Origin: Christensenellaceae bacterium
GTDB taxonomy: Bacteria; Bacillota; Clostridia; Christensenellales; Borkfalkiaceae
Direction: 5' to 3'
Assembly: GCA_948482865.1 (NCBI GenBank)
Contig: CAOMHR010000001.1
Location: 1 to 45,100, forward strand
Length of the DNA stretch: 45,100 nt
Below are positions 25,343 to 33,703 of this stretch, piece after piece. Position numbers and translations under genes: made by a program. Below the pieces are notes generated by a model. The model saw only the letters and a program-made list of their open reading frames with translations. It made no database searches and had not been told where the DNA came from. How positions within the stretch are numbered: the stretch's first letter is position 1; the number at the start of each line of letters is the position of its first letter.

Positions 25343-25883
25343 ATTGTTTATTAAAAGGATTCAAATCATAAAGAGTACTACTTCCGTCTTGCCTTATCCC
25401 CACATTAAGTAGACCGGTATATGTATCTTCTCCAAGTCGGAACGAAACTTTGTAGTACGCAAATTTCTCAAATTTTTTATGTTCAACATCTTTGACGCTC
25501 TCCAATTCACCAGCCTTTATAAACTCTGCAAGATGCGGAGAAACGCGTAATTTAACTTCGATATCTTTATGTGTAATCTTATCTGCGCCAACACTTGAAA
25601 TAGTCACTTCACGTCCGTCTTGCGTTGCGTATTTTCCGCACAAATTATCCATAATATACCTATAAGCTATTTTTTGCCGCTCTTTCTGGCTTTTTGAAGC
25701 GCTTAATTGTTTTTGAATATCTGCATCCATATTGACTTTAACAACTCTTTTCGTTAAAGTCTTTTTTGTTGCATTTTTTATCGTCCCTAACTCATTCCTT
25801 GAATCGTATCCGCTTTTACCGCTGCCGTTTTTACCGGTAAACTTCCCGTCGTTATCGCGCGGGTGTTCTTCTTCCTTAAACAC
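25341..25883 (-). CDS. Phage protein with N-terminal EEHPRDNDGKF motif (180 aa), possible capsid-packaged protein
   Basis: The ORF-track frame 25341..26093 overlaps the capsid gene. GTG 25883 has AGGAG 8 nt upstream and gives MFKEEEHPRDNDGKFTGKNGSGKSGYDSRNELG.... It is a paralogue of the N-terminus of 33141..33485. Confidence 0.6.
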   Translation of the reverse strand: MFKEEEHPRDNDGKFTGKNGSGKSGYDSRNELGTIKNATKKTLTKRVVKVNMDADIQKQLSASKSQKERQKIAYRYIMDNLCGKYATQDGREVTISSVGADKITHKDIEVKLRVSPHLAEFIKAGELESVKDVEHKKFEKFAYYKVSFRLGEDTYTGLLNVGIRQDGSSTLYDLNPFNKQ

Positions 25884-25959
25884 TTTTGTTTCTCCTGTTC
25901 TTTTTAAATTGGTAAGGGGCTTGGTAAAGCCCAAACCCCTGTGAAAGCTGTTTATTGTT

Positions 25960-27630
25960 TTAACCGTTATTTCCGTCCTGTGCGGGAGTTTCGTCTTTTG
26001 ACTCACTGCCCGCGTCAGGCGCGGGGCTATTGGTCTTTGACGAAGTCCTGCTGCGTTTAGCCGTTGCCGCAGTAAGCGTAACAGAAGTTGCAAGCGTTGC
26101 CGTTGCCGTCTGGGTAAGCGTTATCTGCGAGCTGTTGGTCTGATACCCGTCGGCAGATACAAGCACGGTTGCTTCGCTTGCGCGGGGAAGCGTAAACGTA
26201 TAAGTACCGTCTTCGCGGTTAGCTACGGTAGCATACAAACCGCCTTCGCCGCGTACAACCACTTCCGCGTTATCAACCGCCGCGTCGCCCGTACCGTTTA
26301 CGGTAAGCGTTACTTCCGTAACGAGCGTGGGTGCGGTAACGCCTATTCTCTGCACGGTCTTTTCGTTGACGTCTGTCAAAGGAGCATTTGCAGATGCCTG
26401 ATAGCCTTCGATTATGCCTTCCATATTCGCAGGCGAGTTAATGCCGTTGAACTCGGTTACAGGGTTTTCGAAGTCTGCAAGATTGTCCGCGGTTTCGACC
26501 ACAAGCGCGATTGAAGAAGGACGGATAACTTCTACGCCCCAACCCCAGTCGTTGCGGATTATGTAGCCTATGGAAGTCGTAGGCGACTTGTCCACGTCCG
26601 TTACGGTAGCGCTCATACCGAACAGCGTACCGTCCGCGTTTGCGATATACGCGACGACTTTATTCCACTGTGCGTACTGGTCATTTGTAAGGTTGAGCGT
26701 TGCCGCCGCGGTATCGAACATTTCGTCGGGCAATACTTTGATGTAAATGCCCATATACTTGCCGTAGATATACGAGCCGAGCAATCTTTCGCCGCTGTCG
26801 TCCAGATATCCGTTTAACAGAATTTTCTGGGCTATATCGCTGTTTACGAGCGCGCCGTTCTTAATAGTCATAAGTTTGTTGAAGAAGCTCCAACGCATAA
26901 CGTATACGCTCTTGTTGCGGTCGTATGAGATAATACCTTCCTTATACGAACCGCGTACGTTCGACAGTGCCGAAGCAAGCGTGTTCATAATGCCCTGTAA
27001 ATACCCGTCGTCCGTATTATTAGGGTCGTAAGCGATTATGTTCGGGTTGCCGTTCTTTGACGCGTGGGAAAGCGCCGAGCCTATCTGTGCGGCAAGCACG
27101 TCGCCGTCCTGCAACAGCCCTACGGTTTTGGGTATGTACGAAGTATGCTGTCCGAGCAAATCAAGGTCCGCGCCTATCATACGCATATTTACGCGCGAGA
27201 CCTGCGCCGCTTCGTCGTACTCCTGCACAAACTTCATATCATAGCCGTCTGTCTGTAAGCCGTGGGGCAAGTTACGGTTAAACGGCTGGTTATTGCCGGG
27301 CGTTCCGTTGTTGCCGTCATCCGAAGGGCACAGTTTTGTCCCCAACGTCCTTTTAAGACGGGGCGGGAGCATTAACAGCGGGAACCTTAAAAATCCTACG
27401 TTCTCTGCTTCTGCGCCCACGCTCGTTACGCCCATACCGTCTACGAACGCACGTGACGCAAGGTTTACCGCTATCCATCTGTTCGCTAAACGTCTGTTGA
27501 CCAACACGTTACCGACAAGCGGATAATTGCCGCTGTGCGCCTCTACGTTGAAAGGCGCGTCTACATTTGCAACTGCCTGCAAATACATCTGGGAATCGGG
27601 GATTCCCGTTGAAATTAACATTTCTGCCAT
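25960..27630 (-). CDS. Putative major capsid protein with C-terminal Ig/CarboxypepD_reg-like extension and low-complexity tail (556 aa)
   Basis: ORF track. Assigned by position directly after the scaffold-like gene. The C-terminal approx 130 aa (VTLTVNGTGDAAVDNAEVVVRGEGGLYATVANREDGTYTFTLP...VSADGYQT) look like a beta-sandwich decoration domain. Confidence 0.55.
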   Translation of the reverse strand: MAEMLISTGIPDSQMYLQAVANVDAPFNVEAHSGNYPLVGNVLVNRRLANRWIAVNLASRAFVDGMGVTSVGAEAENVGFLRFPLLMLPPRLKRTLGTKLCPSDDGNNGTPGNNQPFNRNLPHGLQTDGYDMKFVQEYDEAAQVSRVNMRMIGADLDLLGQHTSYIPKTVGLLQDGDVLAAQIGSALSHASKNGNPNIIAYDPNNTDDGYLQGIMNTLASALSNVRGSYKEGIISYDRNKSVYVMRWSFFNKLMTIKNGALVNSDIAQKILLNGYLDDSGERLLGSYIYGKYMGIYIKVLPDEMFDTAAATLNLTNDQYAQWNKVVAYIANADGTLFGMSATVTDVDKSPTTSIGYIIRNDWGWGVEVIRPSSIALVVETADNLADFENPVTEFNGINSPANMEGIIEGYQASANAPLTDVNEKTVQRIGVTAPTLVTEVTLTVNGTGDAAVDNAEVVVRGEGGLYATVANREDGTYTFTLPRASEATVLVSADGYQTNSSQITLTQTATATLATSVTLTAATAKRSRTSSKTNSPAPDAGSESKDETPAQDGNNG

Positions 27631-27650
27631 TTTTTATGTTCCTCCTGAAA

Positions 27651-28160
27651 TTACATTATTTTGTGAATTTTTTTGGCTATTTCTTCTTTGGTAAGCTGTC
27701 TTTCGGGTACGCTTTTATCGTCGCCCTGAAACACTCCGTTACCGATTCCGTATGTTTCGTCCATACGCTTTGCGGCTTCGCTGTCTGCGTCCGCCGCTGC
27801 TTCCGCCTGCTTTTCAACGCCGTCAAGGAATTTCTCCATTCTGTCAAAAACGGACGACATGCGCTGTAACGCCGCGTCGAGCTTGGCTTCTTTACTTTCC
27901 TTTTCTTCCGCGCGTTCTTCGTCGGCTTTCTTAGCGCCTTCCGACTCGTCTACGCGGTCCTTTGCGTTCTGGGAATCTTCGTCCCCCGAACGCTTTTCCT
28001 GTTCGCCTACGCTTTCGTCAATACGGTCTTTTTCCGTCTGGCTGTCCGCGCCTTTTTCGGCAACGTCCTGTTTTGCTTTTTCAATTTCTTTTTCGTCTTC
28101 GGTCATTTCCGAATCCTCCTTATTTGATTTTTTCTTTTTGAAAAGATTAAAAAGTTTCAT
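27651..28160 (-). CDS. Putative scaffolding protein (169 aa, highly charged/helical)
   Basis: ORF track. Acidic, Lys/Glu/Asp-rich composition and location between the MuF-like and capsid genes. Confidence 0.5.
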   Translation of the reverse strand: MKLFNLFKKKKSNKEDSEMTEDEKEIEKAKQDVAEKGADSQTEKDRIDESVGEQEKRSGDEDSQNAKDRVDESEGAKKADEERAEEKESKEAKLDAALQRMSSVFDRMEKFLDGVEKQAEAAADADSEAAKRMDETYGIGNGVFQGDDKSVPERQLTKEEIAKKIHKIM

Positions 28161-28183
28161 AATTGCTCCTTTTAAAAGGCATT

Positions 28184-28210
28184 AAAAAAGCGGGGCTTAC
28201 ACTCCCGCTT
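28184..28210 (-). terminator. Intrinsic terminator inside the late operon (between the 66-aa gene and the scaffold gene)
   Basis: Minus strand: AAGCGGG-AGTGTAAGC-CCCGCTT followed by TTTT. The stem overlaps stop codon 28209-28211. Confidence 0.55.
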
Positions 28211-28409
28211 AGTCGTTTTTATTGAGTTCAAGCCTTGCCGAAAGCGTTTCGAAATATACGCACATTCCTTCACGCTGACGGATAAGCAAAGACTTCTGGT
28301 AATCGTCCAGTTCATTGAACTTATTGCTTTTTAAAAACGTATTCAGCTTTACAATCTTTTCTTTAAGCTGCGCCTGTTCTTCAACCATTCTCTGAACAAA
28401 TGCTTCCAT
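28209..28409 (-). CDS. Phage hypothetical protein (66 aa, helical)
   Basis: ORF track. AGGAGG precedes the ATG. Confidence 0.5.
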   Translation of the reverse strand: MEAFVQRMVEEQAQLKEKIVKLNTFLKSNKFNELDDYQKSLLIRQREGMCVYFETLSARLELNKND

Positions 28410-28419
28410 AACTGCCTCC

Positions 28420-29481
28420 TTATAAAATTTTTACTCTGTCGGGGTAATACGCCCTGTCCATTTCTTTGGAATAAGCCTTATACAATTTATAGCGCCGCGC
28501 TGCTTCGGCTTTCCACTTCCTGTACTCGCCGATATCCACGCCTTTATATCCAAGCGCGTTTTCACGCGCTTCTATTACCCCGCGTTCCATTGCCCGCTGT
28601 TTCTGCGTTATTGCATACTCGCGCTTCTGCTGTTCCTTGCGCACCGACGGGATAACCATACCGCTTTTATACTCATACAGCTTATGCCGGCAATTAAAAC
28701 CCAGCAGACCGTTCTTGTACGTCCTGCCTGCCTTGGTTGTATAGTACACATCCGTAGCATTTTCCAACGGCTGATACCGCCGCCCGTCTTCCGTTACGCC
28801 CGACGTGCCGTCAAGCGAATATACGACGCCCTGCCACTTCGCGCACCTGTCCGAACAATCGCCGTGAACAGAGCAGACTACAAGCCGTGTTCCGCGCTGT
28901 TTAAAACCCGCGATACTGTCCTGATGCCTTTCGTACCGCACCTGCATTTCAGCAAGATTTCTTAGCGAATTGCAACCCTTAAAATCGTTAGGGTCGAGCG
29001 CGCGGGTCTTTGCGAGATTATCAAGAGCACGGTCCACGCGTTCCATATACCGTTTCTGAAACTCCTGCAACGGTACGCCTTTGTTGTAGGCGCTATATCC
29101 GAGCTGAACGGCGGCTTTGTTTTCCGCAATTGTGGACGGAGCATAATACTCCCCGCGCTGTTCCTTAGCCGTTATGCCGCGCATAAGCACTATAACTGCC
29201 GCAATTACAGTAGGCGCAACCGATTGCAAATCCTGTATAAACTGCGTATACGCTTTATCCGCAAACTGCATCAGAGAAATCCGCGCGTCTTCTTTCAGGG
29301 TTGGCGAACGTATCCTTGCTATCGCGCGGTCTATTATGCTTTTTATCCGCGCCTTAACCACGTCCCTGACGTTGCCCGATAACACGCCCTGTTTGATTGC
29401 GGTCTTGATATCCGTCTGCGCGTCTACCAGCACGCTCGCCTGTTCATTCAACGGGTCGGGCGCGTAAACTAATTCTTTCAT
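28420..29481 (-). CDS. Head morphogenesis protein, SPP1 gp7 / Mu F-like (353 aa)
   Basis: ORF track. Follows the portal gene with a 4-nt overlap. C-terminal region has a Cys cluster CSVHGDCSDRCAKW and ...GFNCRHKL..., resembling the MuF NCRC-type motif. Confidence 0.6.
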   Translation of the reverse strand: MKELVYAPDPLNEQASVLVDAQTDIKTAIKQGVLSGNVRDVVKARIKSIIDRAIARIRSPTLKEDARISLMQFADKAYTQFIQDLQSVAPTVIAAVIVLMRGITAKEQRGEYYAPSTIAENKAAVQLGYSAYNKGVPLQEFQKRYMERVDRALDNLAKTRALDPNDFKGCNSLRNLAEMQVRYERHQDSIAGFKQRGTRLVVCSVHGDCSDRCAKWQGVVYSLDGTSGVTEDGRRYQPLENATDVYYTTKAGRTYKNGLLGFNCRHKLYEYKSGMVIPSVRKEQQKREYAITQKQRAMERGVIEARENALGYKGVDIGEYRKWKAEAARRYKLYKAYSKEMDRAYYPDRVKIL

Positions 29482-31034
29482 TCGCCGCCCCCGAAGTAGT
29501 CTTTATCGTTAAACAGTCCGCCGCCCTGCGCTGCCTGCTGTTCTTTGAGCTTGGCAAGATATTCGGCGGTTTCCTTTGCCGATATGTTATTGATACGCTG
29601 GACCGCTTCTTCTTTCGGGATAAGTCCCGCAAGATAGTTTTCGCGTATGTTCTCGTCGCGCAGCAACGCATTGCCTATATAGTCCGAAAGCCGTATTTTC
29701 GCTTTACCAGTCATACCCGCCTGATACAGCACTTCCGCCAACATACGGTTTATCATAGGCATTATCGTCTGGTGTGCGGACTGCACGGTTGCTCTCGTTA
29801 AATTTTCTTCCGCCGTTACTTCCGTAGCCGTTTTATTGGACGCATCCTGTAAAAACGGGAATACCGAAGTCGGGGCAAAACCGCAATGAGAGACTATTTG
29901 CCTGAGATACATTTCAAACATACCGCGGTACTGTTCCGAACGGATATCGAACTGCACCGGCACCGGCGGAAAGTCTTTATCATGTTCGGTATAGATATAT
30001 ACCAGCGAATCGTCAGAGTCGGAAAAGTTATCCGTCATTGCCAACAGTCTTGACGACAAATCGTTTGCTCCCTGCCGCCTTAAATCGTCACGTATACTTT
30101 GCAAATATTTCTTAGGCACAAGCACTTTACCGCTGCCTAAAATAACGTCCGTCAGCGAGCCGCTGAATACAGTATCAACAGACCACAACAAATCAAGCAC
30201 GCCGTAGAACAGCGGGTCGCCGAGCGTAAGCCCCGGTACGCAGCTGTTGTTTGCAGTTCTGCGCCAAAGCCATACCCCAAGACCGTCGCGGAACGGCAGC
30301 GCAGTTTCCTTATTGACCGCTATGCCTTTTTTCCTTAATATCGACTTGACCTGTTCAGGCAAGCCCGCTTCGTCAATACCCGCCGAATCCACGGACGGTA
30401 ATATTTCCTTCCCCGCAATGCCGCTTTTGATATGGACCTTGTAAATCACGCAGGGCTTGCGCGAAGCATTGTAATAACGTTCTTCCACCAGCCAGTACGA
30501 ACGATTGATTTTTGCGCTGTATCGCTCAGAATACAGCAGGCTGTTAAACAGCACGATATCCACAACTTCGCCGACGTCGTCGGTGGTAACATAAAAGCGG
30601 TCTATCCTTGTCGCCACAGGATAACACCGCCCGAATCTGTCTTTATTAAGTTTAACTGCAACTGTACCGCCCATTTCCATATAGTCGATTGCACTTTCAA
30701 GAAAAGCGTCAAACCCGACTTTGGGCGACCAGGTTTCCGATATCTTCTGGCAAGCCAAATCGTCGCCGTCGAATATAAGTTTATCGCCCTTTATCAGTTT
30801 CACCGCGGTACTTTTAATCGAATACCCGATATTCATTTTCGCGCCGCTGTTGATAAGGCTGTCCGCCGAACCGCAGGAATACGCCATACAAGGGCGCACT
30901 ACCTTGTTCATATAATCGATAAAGAACGGGTCCAGTCCTGTATAGTACAGTGAACAGTCCACGAAGTTTTCAGGCGGCTTGCGCCATTCTTTATTAAGAT
31001 AATGTTCAAGATATTCAGGCGTTTTAAATCCCAT
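29478..31034 (-). CDS. Portal protein (518 aa)
   Basis: ORF track. Size and position immediately downstream of the large terminase. The family assignment (SPP1 gp6-like) is a guess. Confidence 0.7.
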   Translation of the reverse strand: MGFKTPEYLEHYLNKEWRKPPENFVDCSLYYTGLDPFFIDYMNKVVRPCMAYSCGSADSLINSGAKMNIGYSIKSTAVKLIKGDKLIFDGDDLACQKISETWSPKVGFDAFLESAIDYMEMGGTVAVKLNKDRFGRCYPVATRIDRFYVTTDDVGEVVDIVLFNSLLYSERYSAKINRSYWLVEERYYNASRKPCVIYKVHIKSGIAGKEILPSVDSAGIDEAGLPEQVKSILRKKGIAVNKETALPFRDGLGVWLWRRTANNSCVPGLTLGDPLFYGVLDLLWSVDTVFSGSLTDVILGSGKVLVPKKYLQSIRDDLRRQGANDLSSRLLAMTDNFSDSDDSLVYIYTEHDKDFPPVPVQFDIRSEQYRGMFEMYLRQIVSHCGFAPTSVFPFLQDASNKTATEVTAEENLTRATVQSAHQTIMPMINRMLAEVLYQAGMTGKAKIRLSDYIGNALLRDENIRENYLAGLIPKEEAVQRINNISAKETAEYLAKLKEQQAAQGGGLFNDKDYFGGGE

Positions 31035-31045
31035 TTCCGTCTCCT

Positions 31046-32488
31046 TTATAAAAAGTCATAATAATATTCGTAAGTCGCGTATTTATCCGCGTCTATCGTG
31101 TGGTCGCTCTGCCCGTCGGGTATCTCGTTATTCTCATCCCTGACAAAGTTTTCCATTTCTTCAACCGATACCGAGTTTTCGGGAATATCAAGAATATACA
31201 ACTGCCCCGAACGGTAGCTGTTTACAAGCCTTGCTATATCCCGCTCTATATCTTTATCCGTCACGGCTTTAACCGAAAACCCCGTTGCCTTCTGCCACTC
31301 AAGCATTAAATCCTGTGTAAGCCCTGCGCCGTCAAAACACCAACGCTCGCGCGATGAATCGCATACCGTTATTCCCCACTCCGCAAACTGCTTACGGAAT
31401 GCTGTATACCAATTATGCATTAACTCCACTTGGTCCGTGTGCGATATGCCCTGTATAAAATTCTTCTTACGTTCTTCGGCGATATTCAAATAGAACGTGG
31501 ATAACTTAATTAATTTGCCGTCAGGATATAAAGCCCAAGCAGATACCGCAGTTGCATCGGAAGTAATACCGCTGTCTGTGCCGTAGAACATATATACAGG
31601 CTGATAGTAAATATCCCGTACTATCTTCCGCTGTATTTCGTGCAACGGTATCAGATGCTTATTCCTGTCAAACGACCAGATAACTCGTCCTGCAAGGCTG
31701 ACTATTTCACCGCCGTACCAATACGCATAGTGTAGCGGGTCTTCGGATTTCAGCTTCAATATGTCCGCGATTACTACAGGGTCAAGACATTCCGCTATAT
31801 CTTCCCACGTTGTGTGTATACCTACCGCACCGTTCCTGACAAGCGACGGATAATACCTGTTTGCCCAGTGGTTTAAAGTCGGCGGCGGATTGTAGCGGTA
31901 TGTGAACTTGCTCATTTCGTCCATATATCTCAGTGCAGTTGACCGTAACGCTTCAACGTATATCTTATCGTTCGGCTCGTTCGCTTCTTCAAGCATAACG
32001 CGCTTTAACCGTCCGCTCGGCGGTGTCATTGCCTTGGTTCTGTCTATGTCCTTGTTTATTGCAAAGAACTGGCAGACGTTGCCCGTTTTATTACATTTGA
32101 TTTCAAACGGCGATGTAGAAACTTTAAAATCCGTATCGGTCCTGTTGGATAAAGTAAATCCACGCCCCCTGAGCGTGGATTGCATTGATTGGAATATAGA
32201 ACGCCTTATTGTGTTTTCTTCCGAACGGCAGTACCATATATCGCCCTGCACGCCGAAGAAGTCTTGTATGCTCGCTATCTCGTCGTTCATTGTCTTGCCG
32301 GATATTCGTCCGCCTTTCAATACTATCGTCTTGACGCCCAGCATATCTTCTGTAACCGCTTCGCCGCGCAGCATTCGCCGCTTTAATTCTGATTTATACG
32401 CCGCCGTAAACCTGCCGCTTGCCGCCGCGCCGTGGTTCGGCAGAAACAGTTCTTTAAATTTGTCCGGTATCTCAATTCTCGTTTTCAT
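31046..32488 (-). CDS. terL: Terminase large subunit
   Basis: ORF track, 480 aa. Walker A-like VLKGGRISGKT, Walker B-like RVMLEEANE, C-terminal nuclease-like half. Overlaps terS. Confidence 0.85.
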   Translation of the reverse strand: MKTRIEIPDKFKELFLPNHGAAASGRFTAAYKSELKRRMLRGEAVTEDMLGVKTIVLKGGRISGKTMNDEIASIQDFFGVQGDIWYCRSEENTIRRSIFQSMQSTLRGRGFTLSNRTDTDFKVSTSPFEIKCNKTGNVCQFFAINKDIDRTKAMTPPSGRLKRVMLEEANEPNDKIYVEALRSTALRYMDEMSKFTYRYNPPPTLNHWANRYYPSLVRNGAVGIHTTWEDIAECLDPVVIADILKLKSEDPLHYAYWYGGEIVSLAGRVIWSFDRNKHLIPLHEIQRKIVRDIYYQPVYMFYGTDSGITSDATAVSAWALYPDGKLIKLSTFYLNIAEERKKNFIQGISHTDQVELMHNWYTAFRKQFAEWGITVCDSSRERWCFDGAGLTQDLMLEWQKATGFSVKAVTDKDIERDIARLVNSYRSGQLYILDIPENSVSVEEMENFVRDENNEIPDGQSDHTIDADKYATYEYYYDFL

Positions 32489-32873
32489 CTTTCATTGTCA
32501 TATCCTTGAACACAAACTCAAATACAGGCTGTCCTTTGCTCTCTGTATCGCTATCTTGATTAGATGTAGGCTTATCCACACCGCATCTTTTCGCGAGGTT
32601 CTCAGCTGCTCTTATTCGCTCTTTCCACCCAACTTTCTTATTTTTCATAACTTCTGTAAAGAACACAAGCACTTCTTCGCCGTTTGCAATTCGGGCAGTC
32701 TGTGCAGGTTCTGCAAGCTCTTTTATGTAATTTTGAATGTCAAGTTTTGTCAAGTTCTGACGCCCGATTTCTCTCGCCGTCTTTTCTGAATATCCCGCCC
32801 GCTTAGCCGCCTCGGTCGCATTACCGAGTTCTACGTAATACTCGCAAAACTTCTGCTGTTTTATGGATAGCAC
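32472..32873 (-). CDS. terS: Terminase small subunit (Terminase_2 / P27-like)
   Basis: LSIKQQKFCEYYVELGNATEAAKRAGYSEKTAREIGRQNLTK is the typical HTH N-terminus. GTG 32873 has AAGGAG 9 nt upstream; the ORF-track TTG at 32882 abuts the SD. Confidence 0.85.
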   Translation of the reverse strand: MLSIKQQKFCEYYVELGNATEAAKRAGYSEKTAREIGRQNLTKLDIQNYIKELAEPAQTARIANGEEVLVFFTEVMKNKKVGWKERIRAAENLAKRCGVDKPTSNQDSDTESKGQPVFEFVFKDMTMKDENEN

Positions 32874-32900
32874 ATCTCTCAACTCCTTATTTTTTGCATT

Positions 32901-32924
32901 AAAAAAGCACTTCCAAAGAAGTGC
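32901..32924 (-). terminator. Intrinsic terminator (minus polarity) between the 66-aa gene and terS
   Basis: Minus strand: GCACTTC-TTTG-GAAGTGC followed by TTTTTT. Confidence 0.6.
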
Positions 32925-32939
32925 CTTAAAAAGTTTTAA

Positions 32940-33140
32940 TTATTTATTATGAATTTCTGCAGCTTTCTGAAGTAATTCATAATCTTCTTTGTCAGGATTG
33001 TTTAAACAGTATTCAAGCATTTCTTTTGCCTGCCCGTCTGTTTTGCAACACAAACAAATTGCCACCTTCATTCCTGTTTCAAAATCTTTATCTTTCAAAT
33101 AATTCCCTAATTTTTCTTGATTTTCAGTTGGTGTAAACAT
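32940..33140 (-). CDS. Small acidic protein (66 aa), second gene of a two-gene cassette
   Basis: ORF track. Its start abuts the stop of 33141..33485. AT-rich. Confidence 0.55.
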   Translation of the reverse strand: MFTPTENQEKLGNYLKDKDFETGMKVAICLCCKTDGQAKEMLEYCLNNPDKEDYELLQKAAEIHNK

Positions 33141-33485
33141 TTATCCCCCAAAATACGTAAGCCAATAGTTTATTTCTCTTCTGTCTTTTTCTATATCTAA
33201 CTGCACGATTGGCTTAAAATCGTCATCACCTATTGTGCTGTAAACATAAAAGTAATTTGATGTATACGCAAAATTTGTTGGCTTAACCTTACCTTTCTGC
33301 GCAGAGTTCTTTCGCATTACTTCCTGTCTCAGAACCCCGTACTCTTGCTTGCTTAAATTTATCTTATGCCCCACCGGCAAATAGTTTAAGTCATTACGCG
33401 AGTCATAACCGCGTCTGTCTGATTTAGCCACGAATTGCCCTTTATTATCAGGCTGTCCGCGCGGGTGGTCTTCGTCTTTCCACAT
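33141..33485 (-). CDS. Small protein with N-terminal DEDHPRGQPDNKGQF motif (114 aa)
   Basis: ORF track. AGGAG precedes ATG 33485. The N-terminus (MWKDEDHPRGQPDNKGQFVAKSDRRGYDSRNDL) is paralogous to the N-terminus of 25341..25883. Confidence 0.6.
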   Translation of the reverse strand: MWKDEDHPRGQPDNKGQFVAKSDRRGYDSRNDLNYLPVGHKINLSKQEYGVLRQEVMRKNSAQKGKVKPTNFAYTSNYFYVYSTIGDDDFKPIVQLDIEKDRREINYWLTYFGG

Positions 33486-33515
33486 TTGCTTTTCTCCTAA
33501 AAGAAAAGCACTATC

Positions 33516-33544
33516 ATTATACCACGCTTATTCCGCGCCGTCAA
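33516..33544 (-). promoter_or_regulatory. Strong promoter TTGACG-N17-(TGg)TATAAT at the head of the late region
   Basis: Minus strand: TTGACG (33544-33539), 17-nt spacer with an extended -10 TG, TATAAT (33521-33516). A second copy of the TATAATG(G/A)TAGTG box is at 33661-33649. Confidence 0.5.
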
Positions 33545-33676
33545 TGGTAGTGCTTATTATTTTTCCCTTTAAACCCGCCCCGCTTCGTTGCAGGGCAGGA
33601 AAACAAGGGCGTAGGTTCAACAGCTAACAAAACAATGCTCTCAAACCACACTACCATTATAATACGGCTTTTTACT

Positions 33677-33703
33677 AAAAAACTCCTAATTTTTTGGAGT
33701 TTT
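33677..33703 (-). terminator. Intrinsic terminator after the late-activator gene
   Basis: Minus strand: AAAACTCC-AAAAAATTA-GGAGTTTT followed by TT. Overlaps the stop codon of 33702..34103. Confidence 0.55.

Noticed and set aside
25884-26093. N-terminal 70 codons of the track ORF 25341..26093
   Set aside because: This part overlaps the end of the capsid gene by 134 nt and reads as low-complexity Leu/Arg. A GTG with AGGAG at optimal spacing (25883) starts exactly at the conserved EEHPR motif.
31902-32789. 295-aa plus-strand ORF across terL/terS
   Set aside because: It is antisense to the two terminase genes, both of which have clear family motifs, and it has no translation signals.
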